A stretch of 63,999 nucleotides of DNA, filler included, from Circinaria calcarea (lineage: Eukaryota), in the NCBI GenBank assembly GCA_051942165.1. It is 12 parts of 12 records of this genome, joined end to end, with 100 filler letters (N's around TTAATTAATTAA, not from the genome) between each part and the next. Parts side by side here need not be neighbours in the genome. Positions count along the whole stretch, not along the records: positions 10,752 to 16,023 come from JAVECS010001969.1; positions 16,124 to 21,395 come from JAVECS010001970.1; positions 21,496 to 26,764 come from JAVECS010001971.1; 9 more parts are not named here. The stretch is one strand, 5' to 3'. The first letter of the stretch is position 1. Each line of letters begins with the position of its first letter. The notes under the pieces are model-generated. The model was not told where the DNA came from. It searched no databases and saw nothing but the letters and a program-made list of their open reading frames with translations. Shown here in pieces: positions 13,701 to 25,568 of the stretch. The position numbers were made by a program, and so were the translations under genes.

Positions 13701-15140
13701 GTCTGTACCTTCAGCATTACACCACAGACCTGTACACGTTGATTGAGTTGAAATCCATGATGCTGGAGCATTGCAAGTCTTTCTTGCGTCCGGATACCAT
13801 CAAGGGTCTTGCAGGCGAAACCGATCGATCTCCGCTCATAGATGACGCATTTTGGCGGGTATGGACCTTTTGTCGGATTTTCGGTTGCCGAAAAGGTCGA
13901 GAAGACGACATTGTCGGTCAGATGGATTGGCTGAAAGGTGGGAAACTTGCCAAGCAGCAAAGCAACGATACTAGTACGCTGGCCATCAACGACGGGGTCG
14001 CTATGAACAGTGTGTTGTTCAACCCACCCAAAGGATTCTCAAAGGGCAACCGGGGTGGATTGACCGCTGAAGAATTGTACGACATGAGCGAGATTTGGAC
14101 TTGTCTTGGGGTGCTGGTCAGAGGGTATCAAGGGTTCCATCGCGAAGCTCGCGAGTTTGGCATTTTTGAGAGGGCAAATATCGCTCCCGGCGATGTTGTC
14201 AAAGAGAATGCCATTTTAGGTATGTGTTCTAGACTACTTAGGAAGCGTTGCAGCTAATTTGGAAACAGAGGAATGGACATATCACCTGCTCACTCTCGCT
14301 CCTGCCACTGTGCTTGACGCAAACTCTCCCTCCACGCCGACATCAAGTACATTTGCCCATGCCCGCTCTCAAGGCTATACAATCTGGTCTCCCCCTTCGT
14401 GTGGCGCGTCCCGTTCCACATTTCTCAAAGAAGCCGTTTCCCGTGTCTACCATGAGAAGGTGTTTTTGGGACGACCGGCTCTTTCAACAACCAGTTCCTT
14501 GTCCAACTTACACCAAACGACCTCTTCGCCCTCTCCATCCTCCTTTTCAAGTAGTCCTCTTGACTCGTCTCTTGCATCTCGGCAACGTTGCGCCATGCAC
14601 GCGGCCGAGATCCGTGCAAAGAGACAAGATCCCACTTACAACCAATTACCCGTATCCGAGGATCGTCCTATGAGTAACTACCCGGACGTGCTTGCGAAAC
14701 TAGATGCCCAAGCCTCTTCTGCAAGTTCGGCGCCCCCGGTGCCCAAGCTTCCCGGTCTAGCTTCCAAGATCCTTCGTCGTCAACTTGGCTCCAAAAAGGA
14801 CAAGGACAGATCCTCTTCCTCCAAGAAGTATGCATTTTCCGGAAAGTCGTCGAAAAACTCGTCTCAAACCTCTCTCTCATCTGTGGAAAAACATCATTTG
14901 CAGCCGTACGCCCATGGGCACATTTATCCTCATCAGATCCCTTCGGGCCCGCAAGTACGCGACCCGGTCGATTTGGCCGTTGAAAGACTGATAGCGATGG
15001 GGTATGACGAGGGAAGGGCGAAAAAGGCTCTTGCGGAGACGGATTCGGGGAATAGTGTTGATTTTGAGCGGGCGGTGGCATTGTTGAAAAAGGGCGAGGA
15101 GAGGAGGAAGTTGCAGGGGAGGCTGGATAAGATGGGCTGA
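10752..15140 (+). CDS. Large S/P-rich protein with F-box-like region and C-terminal UBA-like domain, probably 5'-truncated
   Basis: Frame open from the contig start. Intron 14220-14268 (gtatgt...gctaat...acag) joins ENAIL-EEWTYHLL. Motif VLLRILQSLENLKDLFAAATVSRGFY is F-box-like; C-terminal DLAVERLIAMGYDEGRAKKALAETD...FERAVALL is UBA-like. Confidence 0.8.
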
Positions 15141-16123
15141 GAGGTTTTTCGATTACAGGAATGGAGGGGATCCTTGTATATGAACTGTTTGTTTTTTGGT
15201 ATTGTGGTTCTCCCGCCGGTGATATGGTTATCGGGATATGGGATACCGGACTTTTTCTAAAGGGAAGGAATCCCTGAATATGGGACTATGGCATTTGGAC
15301 CCGGGGGTAAACCGGAATAGGGATCTTTTGGAAGCTTGGGAATTGGATTTGGGTTCCCCCGGGGGCGAATTGATTTCTTCTATTCGATAGGAGACGAGAC
15401 GAGGACTTTTTTGGTTCCCCCCTCCCTCCCTCCCTCCCATGTCTCGAGTGCAGTTGCATAGAAGCTAAGCTGTAACTAGAAAACTAACTTATTGGATTGG
15501 TTGGAAAGTTGGAAAGTGGGGGGGATTTTAGGATCTAGAGAATTTAAAGAATCTCTTTACTCTTCGTCTCCGTCTTCTCACCCATGTCTGTCCGCACTAT
15601 TTTCTTCACTTGTTGTCCTCACTTGTTTCACTCGTACATCTATCAATATTACTATTACCCGTAAGCCACTCCCTCCCTTTTCCCCCCTTTCTACACCTCT
15701 ACACCTCTCGATTCCCTCGATTTTCATATTCCTGTCCTGTCCGACTTCCCACGCGTTTTTTCCCCTACCCCCCCACTGGGCTTGGGCTTGGGCTTAGGCC
15801 TGGGCCTTTAAACAACACCGTCAGTATAGTAGAAGGAGGGGGTGGCCCTTCTCTTCAAACAAGGAAAAGGAAAAGGAAAAAGAGAAAATACGATCGATGG
15901 GAAAGGGAAAAGGGAAAGGGAAAGGGAAAGGGGTAGGGAAATGAGTGGTTAGGGAGTTCAAAAAAAAAGGGGGGAGCATTTTGGTGGTGTAGGAGTGGGA
16001 AGAGAGGAGAGGGGAGAGGGTAGNNNNNNNNNNNNNNNNNNNNNNNNNNNNNNNNNNNNNNNNNNNNTTAATTAATTAANNNNNNNNNNNNNNNNNNNNN
16101 NNNNNNNNNNNNNNNNNNNNNNN

Positions 16124-17479
16124 GCCAAAATCACAAAGAATTTTACAACCCTGATACGCAGTCCCAAGGGCCCTGAAACCCCGACGAATACTCAATTAGC
16201 CGCCAATGCTGAAAGTTTTAGCCAGCAGGATGTATCAGTCCGAATCGACGCACTGAAGACCACCGTAACAAACATCAAAGTAACCGAGAAATCGGCAAAC
16301 GAGATATTACGCCTAACTTTCGAGAATGATGGGGAACGATACCGCCTCGACACACCGACTCCAACTTACGAATCAACGGCACTTACCCCATTGACCCCAA
16401 ACCCGCGCTTCCGGTACACCGCCATCTATCATCCCCAGCACTCGCATCTGACCTTGTTTTCGTCAGCCAATCTGAATTCGTGGATGAGTGAGCTGAAAGA
16501 TGAAACACCCCTCTCTGCCCTTTCAATTCCAGGAACCCACAACTCGCCCACACATCACCGAGCTCTCCCTTCTGTCCGCTGTCAAGCTGTCTCACCACAG
16601 GTCCAGCTCGAGAACGGTGTCCGCTTCTTCGACATTCGGGTACAGGTCGAGAAGCCCGAAGACCTCAGCAAGGACGGCCTCATCCTCGTTCATGCCGTCT
16701 TTCCGATATCTCTCACAGGTACAAAGTACTTTCGTGACCTAGTCAATGATGTCTTTGAATTTCTTGACCGAAACCCCACGGAGACGGTTATAATGTCAGT
16801 GAAGCGCGAAGGCACTGGAAATGGCACTGATGATCAACTGGGTCGCATCTTAAGAGACCATTACGCTGGAGATGTCAACCATTGGTTCACTGCACCGCGT
16901 ATCCCGACACTTGGGGAAGCCAGACACAAGATTGTCCTTATCAGACGGTTTGGTCTCGAGGAAGGTCTCAGGAAAGAGTGGGACGGTGCAGGTTGGTGCA
17001 TCAACGCCGAGACCTGGCAAGATAATACGCCCAATGACACCTGCCCAAGTGGAGATGTCTGCGTCCAAGACTTTTACGAAGTCCTGGAGACTGAAAACAT
17101 TGACAAGAAGATTGAGTACTCTCAAGCTCATCTAGAACGAGCAGCGCAGTGTACGTATGTCTTAGCGGGAATGAACACTCAAGAAGCCGGATCACCTCCA
17201 CCGAAACAACCGTTCTTTATCAACTTCCTCAGTGCAAGTAATTTCTGGAAAGCCGGCTGCTGGCCTGAGAAGATTGCTGCAAAGGTTAACCCTGAAATCG
17301 TTGATTACTTGTGTAGGAAGCACAATGTAACAGAAGGTCCAGATGCCAGAGAGCAGGTAGGTGATGGGAGTACTGGTATCCTTGTCTGTGACTGGGTAGG
17401 GAATAATGGAAACTGGGATCTGGTACGATGCACTGTCGGCATGAATGCAAAGCTGGAGATGAGAGAGAAAGCCATGTAG
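16124..17479 (+). CDS. Phosphatidylinositol-specific phospholipase C (bacterial-type PI-PLC X domain), 5'-truncated
   Basis: LSALSIPGTHNS, RCQ...QLENGVRFFDIR, LVH, ETVIMSVKRE, VQDFYE, FINFLSAS, GILVCDW. The frame is open back to the contig start at 16124. Confidence 0.92.
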   Translation, partial: AKITKNFTTLIRSPKGPETPTNTQLAANAESFSQQDVSVRIDALKTTVTNIKVTEKSANEILRLTFENDGERYRLDTPTPTYESTALTPLTPNPRFRYTAIYHPQHSHLTLFSSANLNSWMSELKDETPLSALSIPGTHNSPTHHRALPSVRCQAVSPQVQLENGVRFFDIRVQVEKPEDLSKDGLILVHAVFPISLTGTKYFRDLVNDVFEFLDRNPTETVIMSVKREGTGNGTDDQLGRILRDHYAGDVNHWFTAPRIPTLGEARHKIVLIRRFGLEEGLRKEWDGAGWCINAETWQDNTPNDTCPSGDVCVQDFYEVLETENIDKKIEYSQAHLERAAQCTYVLAGMNTQEAGSPPPKQPFFINFLSASNFWKAGCWPEKIAAKVNPEIVDYLCRKHNVTEGPDAREQVGDGSTGILVCDWVGNNGNWDLVRCTVGMNAKLEMREKAM

Positions 17480-18591
17480 GAACTCAACAGCGGTAGACCT
17501 ACTGATTTCGGCCTTTTTGGAAAGGAATGCACGAGAAAGACTCATGGTACCAGATGGAGATTCTTTCTGAGATATATACTATTGTTCATACTACAGCTGC
17601 TTATTGTTATTTCCCTTGGAGATTTTGCGAGCTGACCGAGTTAATCTTCAAGGCAATATCCCCTAGTAGTGCAGGGGTAGAGGCTCTGTACAATGATATG
17701 ATAGCGGTTATATATCATGACAATACATATAAATCTACATGTACATACATAGAAGACGTAGTGTGGAGCGAGTAACATGGCGCAAGACCTTCCAGAAAGG
17801 CAACCGCTTAGAATAGGACAAATGCGTTTTAATGCAACTTGGGTAGGATTAGTACTCGGATTGGACCGGGGGATCCAACTCTCGGGTCTCTCGTTTCAGG
17901 GCAAAGTTTAAATACCCGCGGCTTAGTGCCCAACACCTCACATCATAGGGAAAAGTTGCGGACCGTAACCTTATTCCTAATGAGACCTAATTCAGAATGC
18001 CTCTTTGATGTCCTCTACCAATTCAGTTCATTGCCATGTAGTGTTGCCCAGTGAGCATTTGTAAAAATACATGTCCCTACTGTGGTATTCGACCCAGCCC
18101 TTAGGTTGACTAGACAGTTGACATGTTCCACTTCTTTGTTCGTCATGGCGTGGGAAGGTTTTCACATGAATCTCCACACATGGGAGCCATGGGAATGGGA
18201 GTTCTATGCTCTAGTTTGCATGGGGATTCCTGGGTGCCTACTCATTTCGGATTGGCACTGCTTTGGTCCATGCGTGGTTTCTGCGTCTGATGAGAAGTGG
18301 GTATTCTGTCAGAAACTCATCTTCACTCGGATGATTCTTCATCTGTTGTTGGTTCCCTCTACCTATGTATATGACTTTGTGCTCGAATTCCATAGACAAG
18401 CGTCATTATCTCTTGATTTCAATAACTCAGCTATAGGCTTTACGTCCTTGTCGAGGCTCCTCTTCCTGTGTTACAGTTGGCAACAAGAGTACAACCCTTC
18501 AATTTTCAGTGCATCTACACCGGGTATTTTGTTCACTGAACAATCTTCGTAGCCATCCCCATTTTACACCACCACTGGATCGCTTGTAGGT

Positions 18592-20085
18592 ATGGCCAAA
18601 CAGCAGGAAGCCGGTAACGACCCATTCAAGCTTCCACCCAAAGCCCCCCCTCGGATGAGAACATACGGCGGCGCATATTCTCGAGAATGCGAAGATATCA
18701 GCCGGGAGGACGACCAGAAAACACAGAAGAAATATTGGAAAATTCGGGCAAGGCAAGAGGAGAAGAGAGAAGCGAAAGGGGAAGAGGATAGAAGGGCAGT
18801 GGAGAGGAGACAGGAGACTGGGCGGAAATCTGGTGTGGAAATAAGATCCCCTAGAGGAAAGCTGAAAGATAAACTCAGGGGAGCTGTTGAAGACTCGAAG
18901 ACGGGTGCAAAGCTTGCAAAGAACAGCGCCAAGTATGTATACGAAAATTCTATGCTGGCTGTGGAGGAGACAGGGATCAAAGTCAAGAACAGTGTACAAA
19001 AAGGGGTCGTGGAGATGGGTAGGAAGCTCTCCAAGGGAGACGTGAGCCCGGGGATGGCCGATAACGTAGCGGGATTCGACATGGAATTCTCAGCCAGTCC
19101 TAGGACGGATGCTCGTCCTGAGAGCCCTGGCCCCGTTCCCGCCCGTAAACTCTCACTTCCCGAGGTGTTATGGCGTGAAGCGAAGAGGTTCAAAGAAGCC
19201 TTGGTCGACTTACCCCATCAAGGAATATACTACCATCTGAACAATAATAATCAGAAGCCACGGGCTAACCAGCGCTCCCTCAGTCAGGGAGAACTGCCGC
19301 GTGCACGCACACATGAATCGCTGCCGAGTGACCAAATGACTGGGGAGACATTGTCAATGCCCGGTCAGGACGTGACCTCCTCCCGCAAGATAGGCTATGG
19401 TGAATTTCACCGCCAGATTGGGGAGAGTACTGGGAGAGCGAGACCTGAACCAGGGAGCTCATCGCCAATTGCTCGTTACCACCCAACCCCATCACCCGAC
19501 ATTGGTTATGGGCGAGTGTATTACCACTATGGCGAAAGAGAAACTCGTGCGAGAGCAAGACCTCACATCAATCGTGATGACCCGGCTCCCTCCTCCAGCA
19601 CCGGGTTAATCGATCGCTTGGGCAATAGCTTCGCAATAGTAAGGCCGGAAACGGGAAGCTTGGGGCCTGATCCCTACAATTCCACGGAAGATCTCATTCA
19701 ATCACTTCCCGACTTCAGTACACCACCACCAAGCCCTCCGCCACCGAGCCTTAACAGTCGGTTGTCTGACTGCTCCATCTCTTCGGCTGATCCCTTCCTC
19801 TCCAAACCCGACCTCAGCGAAACAATTCCCGATCCGAGTAGCCCACCGCCAACCCCTAGTACGCCCTTATCCCGGCTTTTGATTCCCTACCGGTACAACC
19901 GTCTTGTCCGTCTTTTCCGCAGTGATGACACTTCTTGTGCTACGGCGACTGATAATCTCCCGATTGGGCAGGATGGTCCCCTCCAAAGAGAGGATTCGTT
20001 GAAGCGTACGCGGGAGCCTTCTGGATCCGGCCCCAGCTCTGCGAAGCCGCCTAGTAAACGGCATGAAGGTGATGACCGGTGCTGA
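18592..20085 (+). CDS. Hypothetical 497-aa protein (basic/charged N-terminus, Pro/Ser-rich disordered C-terminus)
   Basis: Long uninterrupted ATG-initiated ORF; no recognisable domain. Confidence 0.6.
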   Translation: MAKQQEAGNDPFKLPPKAPPRMRTYGGAYSRECEDISREDDQKTQKKYWKIRARQEEKREAKGEEDRRAVERRQETGRKSGVEIRSPRGKLKDKLRGAVEDSKTGAKLAKNSAKYVYENSMLAVEETGIKVKNSVQKGVVEMGRKLSKGDVSPGMADNVAGFDMEFSASPRTDARPESPGPVPARKLSLPEVLWREAKRFKEALVDLPHQGIYYHLNNNNQKPRANQRSLSQGELPRARTHESLPSDQMTGETLSMPGQDVTSSRKIGYGEFHRQIGESTGRARPEPGSSSPIARYHPTPSPDIGYGRVYYHYGERETRARARPHINRDDPAPSSSTGLIDRLGNSFAIVRPETGSLGPDPYNSTEDLIQSLPDFSTPPPSPPPPSLNSRLSDCSISSADPFLSKPDLSETIPDPSSPPPTPSTPLSRLLIPYRYNRLVRLFRSDDTSCATATDNLPIGQDGPLQREDSLKRTREPSGSGPSSAKPPSKRHEGDDRC

Positions 20086-21029
20086 GGATGAGTTACCGGG
20101 AACGGAAAAAGGAAAATCGGAGACCAAACCGTTCATCGAAAGGAAATGAGGATGGGGTGGGATATAATTGACCCCCTTAGTAGAGTATCAACTATTGGGA
20201 GGTTGTTTATCGAGTTATTCTAGCTAGCTTGTTATTCGGTTTTCTCATGTTTTTCAACCCGTTTGGTCTGTCTGTTTGAGGTTAGGGGTTTTGAGTTTCG
20301 CTTTTTTCATAGGTATTCGTTCATAATCTTTTCAAGTGTTTCGGCTTGTGTCATTAGGGAAGAACTCCTCCACGTTATGGAGAGCGGTTTTTGGTATTGC
20401 CCGATTGCATCCGTTCGAACTATTGGATTTAGGGGGTATGCCTAGTTCATAAATCTCTCCCCACCCAGTGAATTATCGTTGCCCATGTATCTATCCATCT
20501 ACCATTGTACATATGGGTGGTTGTGGTTGCTTTTTGCTTTTGGGATTGTTTGAACAAAAAGGCACACGTCAAGTAATCCAAAGCCAAAGCCAAAAGCCAA
20601 AAGCCAACGTCAACGTTTATTCCTAGTGGATCCCGAATTCTGCGCGTTGATTTCGCGGGTTTACAATAAAATCGCGTAGGGGTGTATGCAAATGTACATT
20701 ATCGACTCCCCCCTGAGCTCCTCCTAGCACAGTAGTACCTCATGCGTCTTCTATTCTATGGAAGCAAGCCCGGTTTTTTTTGGCCAGTTTTTCCCCACTC
20801 CAGGGCCATGAATGCCAGCAAAGCACAGCACAAGCAAAAACCAAAAGCCAAGCCAAGCCAAGCCAAGCCAAGCCCCCCTGGGGTATCTTTCCCACCAAAT
20901 CCTGCGAAATCATGTAGAAAGTTTATCAATGTACAAAAGGGGCAGCTGTAACGCTGAAGTACCCATAAATGACCACTCAAAAACAATCCAAAAAGCCTTC
21001 CCCCCGCCCCCGACGTCCATGACACGATC

Positions 21030-21395
21030 TTAATTGAGCAAGTTTGCCATATCCTTTGGTATCGTACCCACGGGGGAGACGATATCACTACCTCGCCTCT
21101 TCAGTCTATCCGGGTCATCGAGAGGGTCGTCGGTTGTGGTTTGAGATTTGCTGAGGTTAGGAAACACGGGTAGGGGCATCTGTGGGAGGGATACGGGACC
21201 GTTGTTACGCGCAGCTGAGGGGGAGAGGGGAGACATGGCGGTGGAGGAACGGTGGGAGCATTCCAGGCTCAGGGTTGGTTTGGGGTAAATATCCTTGGGA
21301 GCTTTCGGAAGGGATTTGGTCGATTTGGTGATTTTGAAAGTGGAGTTGATCTTATGACTGCTAGCTTTGGATGGAAGTTTTGGAAGAGCCTTTGA
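21030..21395 (-). CDS. 3' end of an unknown gene (K/S/P-rich tail)
   Basis: Frame open from the contig end: SKALPKLPSKASSHKINSTFK...RLKRRGSDIVSPVGTIPKDMANLLN*. Confidence 0.5.
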   Translation of the reverse strand, partial: SKALPKLPSKASSHKINSTFKITKSTKSLPKAPKDIYPKPTLSLECSHRSSTAMSPLSPSAARNNGPVSLPQMPLPVFPNLSKSQTTTDDPLDDPDRLKRRGSDIVSPVGTIPKDMANLLN

Positions 21396-21495
21396 NNNNN
21401 NNNNNNNNNNNNNNNNNNNNNNNNNNNNNNNNNNNNNNNTTAATTAATTAANNNNNNNNNNNNNNNNNNNNNNNNNNNNNNNNNNNNNNNNNNNN

Positions 21496-21749
21496 TTAAC
21501 CAGGTAATCAATGTGTCCGTAAATTTTCTCAGCATCTCGAACTTTTGTAAAAATGCTCTCCTGCGGCTCTTCTAGGTCAAGAGTCATGACTTTACCACCA
21601 GCGTTGGTGATCTTCTGAACGGCTGCAGCTGATCTGTTGGGGTCCCTAACAGTAGAGATGACCCTATGGCCGGCTTTTAGGGCACGAAGGGACAAGAGGA
21701 GGCCCATGCCATTGGAGGTGCCGGTAATAAACCAAACTGATGAGGACAT
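21496..21749 (-). CDS. Short-chain dehydrogenase/reductase, 5' part only
   Basis: MSSSVWFITGTSNGMG (TGxxxGxG Rossmann motif), then LDL...YGHIDYLV, cut by the linker. Confidence 0.9.
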
Positions 21750-22539
21750 GATGAAGGGGTTTGACTGATGATTCGATGGATTCCTTCTTGCTCAGTTGGA
21801 GTTGACGTGGAAATATATCAAAGAGATGGACGCTTCTAAAAGGTGAAGCAGCAATGTTGGTGGCAGCATAAACTGTGCTTTTGAATTCCGGAACGGACTT
21901 AAGCTTAACAACGCTTTATCCCGGGCCGAACCGAGATCGGCTGCATCTAACATTGGGTCTAGGTGCTAAATTCTGGAGCTAGTAGGCAAATATAATCCGA
22001 GTGATTATGTAGGGTCTAAGCCTGGTACTGGCTGTATGGTAGGACACCAGAAACAGAACAGCTTATTATTTATGCTGCCGTCTTATTATTAAGGTAGAAA
22101 TATATATTATAATTAATCGAGTTCGTAAAGTCTAAATTGGTCATACCGAAGGATCTTAATACCTTTGTTAGCGGTTATAGGGATGACGAAATTAGACCGA
22201 GGGGTTGTTATCGATAAGTAGCATATATTATTAATACAACGGAAGAGTTCCGGTCGTGAATGCTAGAGATCGGGAGGGCATTACGGAGCTAGTGAGTTCA
22301 GCAGATATTTCTGACGGCAAAACTACCACCAGAGGAGCAAGAGCGATCCTTCCGGCCGATGATCATTTGGATTGGCCAGGTATGTGCTTTCACCGATAGG
22401 ACTATAAAGAGGAGTGCTGTATATAAAGTAATCTGACTAAAATACAAAAGGGTCCGAACTTCGAAGGGGAGAGGCATCAAGAAGTAAATCGAGTTATTAA
22501 AGGCGGCCTGAGGCAGCACGATAAGAGTAAAGTGATTAC

Positions 22540-22611
22540 ATATGCAGGATTAATCGAGAAGGTGGATGGTATTGGATATGCAGGGTTAATCGAGGAGGTA
22601 GATGGTGGTGG
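22540..22611. repeat. 36-nt tandem duplication (2 copies)
   Basis: atatgcaggattaatcgagaaggtggatggtattgg vs atatgcagggttaatcgaggaggtagatggtggtgg; differences mostly G/A. Confidence 0.8.
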
Positions 22612-23539
22612 ATATGTTGGGTTGTAGTCTGTTCCACGTAAAAATTGACTTTCTAAATAGTAAAGCCGAAGAGGTTGAATAGATAAGGGAAGGGGGTTCT
22701 GTTAATGAAAGCTATAAATACATTGGGTCTAGGGCTAGACGTGCTAGACTGCCGAGGAAGCTACGTGGTTATATGCAGAAAAAGGAACAGGTAGGATGAG
22801 ATGGAAAGGCAAGCGAGGAGATAGTAGCATACCACTAGGTAAAGGGGATACCGAGAAAGGGTTAAAGTTATATGGGGTGGTAGAAGCAGGAGAAAACAGA
22901 AAATATAAAGAGAGATTAATATGGAGGATTCCATAACTAGCAGCTCACACAGATGAGCTATATTAATTAAAACAACATACAGCACATAAGGAAATCAGGA
23001 TACGTGGGCGGAGGGGACGGTGGAATAAGGCATATAATATGTGTAAAAGGATATATTAATGCAGGCTATCGAGAGAACTCATTAAATTGAAGTTAAGATT
23101 ATAAAATTCAACGCAGAAGTTTATTGCCGCCTTGCCGATAAGAGGCTCTACATTACTCTATTTTGGAATAAAACTGTTGGAAGTCATAGGGCTTACCGAG
23201 GCAAGTGTTGCTTAGGAGGTCCATGCTCAACACTTCCACACACATCATAAAAGCACTTTTTCGCCGCATAGATAGTTTAGATAGTTACATACTCAGGTAG
23301 CAATGCCACCATACAATTTGCTGCTCAATAAGTGGTAGGCTTGGTGAACCTAACGGCGACGGATGTGGAGGTACCCTAAGGGGATGGGTTCTCTGGTGTG
23401 TGGAACGGGAGGAGGCCGAGAAGTATAGATGGATCTCAAAGCGGAAGTGGAAGGTGGGTCTGCAGGTGGTTGCATCCGGTGGCAACTTGGGCGCTCCACT
23501 TCGTTCTAGGGCTCAAATGTCGATGATATCAAAGAGATC

Positions 23540-24201
23540 GGCCAATCGTTGCGCAGCATAGCATAGTCCAGGACGTTTGTCTCACTTTTACCTACGCAAA
23601 CCACGGCTGACTCTACCAAGACCTCCAGCACCGTTACTACTACCCTCTCCGTCCCTACAGAGTACAGACTCCATAGGCTAGAACCAACCCTGATCCTCTG
23701 TTTTCCCGCACAAAATGGGTCCGTGCAGTAGAATACCAACCTGGTATATTCTAGCCGGCGGAGTCTGTACTCTGTATGGCAGAATATGCCTGCGTAACTG
23801 CAAACAGCGTCTACTGTTCTTGCTCCGCGAACAATGCGGAATTTTGTGACTGCGGTAGCGAGTGTGAGGCGAATTGTCTCTGCTACAGCGCTGTCAACAG
23901 CTCATGCATTTAGCTGCCGTTCATGAGAGAACGCTATAGATCTGCGCAAACTGGGATACAGAATAAGACGGCGGTGTCGGGAATTGCGATGGCCTCGGAG
24001 ATGTGTGTTTCTGCTCGAGAGACGAGAGCAACTATAACCGGAACGGTGGATGTGAGCAGTGCAAATTCGACCAGGACGATGGCGGTGAATCCACAACCTG
24101 TTTTCACTGCTGTGGCGAGTCAAAGCATGAGGAGTCAAACTCTGTTGGTTATACTTGGGATTAGTTTGGACTGGACTGTTATGAACGACTCGTTTTGTTA
24201 A
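23540..24201 (+). pseudogene. Degenerate cysteine-rich protein gene
   Basis: VLCMAEYACVTANSVYCSCSANNAEFCDCGSECEANCLCYSAVNSSCI* (10 Cys), flanked by in-frame TAG/TGA stops; a second Cys-rich block follows in a shifted frame. Confidence 0.4.
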
Positions 24202-24469
24202 AAACTGTTGTCAATTGAAAGGAGCAAGCTAGTCGATAAGGAGGTTATAGAGAAAGCGGCGCGGGTTTTTAATTAAGCGGATAAATGTTAGAATGGACGC
24301 TGGAAAGATAACTCTAGCAATGTAATCGGTACTGTTATTAGGAATTCCTCCAAAACCCATTTGATATTTCCCTTTCCCTGAATTATACCCGGTTCTCCGG
24401 CCATCCGCCTTCAGCGCTCTACATGCTTTATTCAGCAAGAAGCGTACGTCCTATGACCTCCAATGTCAG

Positions 24470-24964
24470 TCATCCTATATTGATACCCCATTGTTCCATC
24501 CAATTCCTAACCCAGCCCTCATTCACAGCTCCCACGCGCCGGAGCGTCTGACTCGCTTTCTCCGCCTTATGCGATATCAGCTTCCGGGAACCCTTCCCCA
24601 CCTTCGCGACGCCCCGGTAAAAGTCCAACAGCTTAATGGCGGGGTTCCTCTCCGGGTCGATGAACTCGTCGGCACTCTGGTCCAGGGCCTCGATCCATTC
24701 GTCGAAGGGAATGGCCCTCGTGTCGATGCCCTCGGGGTAGGAGGCGCGAATCCTGGGTGCGAGTGTTGACCATGATGTGGTATTTGGGTTCACAACGTGG
24801 TACATTAGGGTCCTGCGGCGGCCGGGTTCTGCCGGTGCGGTGCATGCGGAAACGAGGATCTCGATGAGGATCTTCGAGAGCTTGTCTACGGGCAGCCAGT
24901 CGATGCGATCTCGAGACGGGTTGGTGGCGGGGAAGGCGCCGAGGTAGGCGGATGAGATGATGAT
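24470..24964 (-). pseudogene. Orphan last exon of an NRPS-like (A-T-R) enzyme: C-terminal thioester-reductase subdomain
   Basis: IIISSAYLGAFP...IDWLPVDKLSKILIEI...YHVVNP..TSWSTL...PFDEWIEAL...NPAIKLLDFY...WVRNWMEQW. Preceded by a branch-site/acceptor (ctgat...gaag) but no upstream exons in the contig. Confidence 0.8.
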
Positions 24965-25032
24965 CTTCGATTGCACAGATCAGGACGGCCTCATAAAGGG
25001 AATTACGAATGTAAACAACGGCGAAAACGCAA

Positions 25033-25230
25033 CGCTGCTCCTGGCTTCCAGTCGACACTCTCGCTACCACAATCCTCGAACTCTCCGAAACGCTCGCTGC
25101 ATCATCTACGCCCTTTGACTCCAATCGAAGCAAACCCTCCATTTTCTAAAACCTAGTCAACCCGCATGCGTTCGCCTGGGAGGATCTCTTGAGTGAGCTT
25201 CGCGCGGCCGGACTCGAGTTCAGCACCACC
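25033..25230 (+). pseudogene. Second NRPS-like reductase-domain fragment, different paralog, internal stop
   Basis: Manual translation: RCSWLPVDTLATTILELSETLAASSTPFDSNRSKPSIF*NLVNPHAFAWEDLLSELRAAGLEFST. TAA at 25147 replaces the usual Y of YNLVNP. Confidence 0.75.
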
Positions 25231-25568
25231 GAACCCATTCTCGACGTCGAATTCGCCTATACAGTTAAATAGAAGGTAAACAAAATGGAATGTTGGGGGG
25301 AGTGGAAAGTCTGATCCGTTATATTACTATGGAGGTGTACTGGCAGACTATATATAGCTACCACTACGCTAATCCTATTACGGCTCCGCCCCTGCGGGTT
25401 CTACCCCTATGACCTAGCCTCCTTTCAACTTATTATAAGATAATAGGTTATTTGACACGGAGGGTTTATATTCAGTACCAATAATGAACTTGAGAGGGTA
25501 AGGCTACGGATATGAAATAGATTAATCGACTCGATATAGCGCTGGTGTTATTTCCCGAAACCTTCCAC

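Noticed and set aside
15840..16023. Purine-rich (AAAGGG)n tracts here and similar tracts at other contig ends, as possible telomeres
   Set aside because: Not TTAGGG arrays; ordinary low-complexity DNA that breaks short-read assemblies.
16391..17479. Bacterial-type, intronless PI-PLC as possible recent HGT
   Set aside because: This family is widespread in ascomycetes and the composition looks like the host's.
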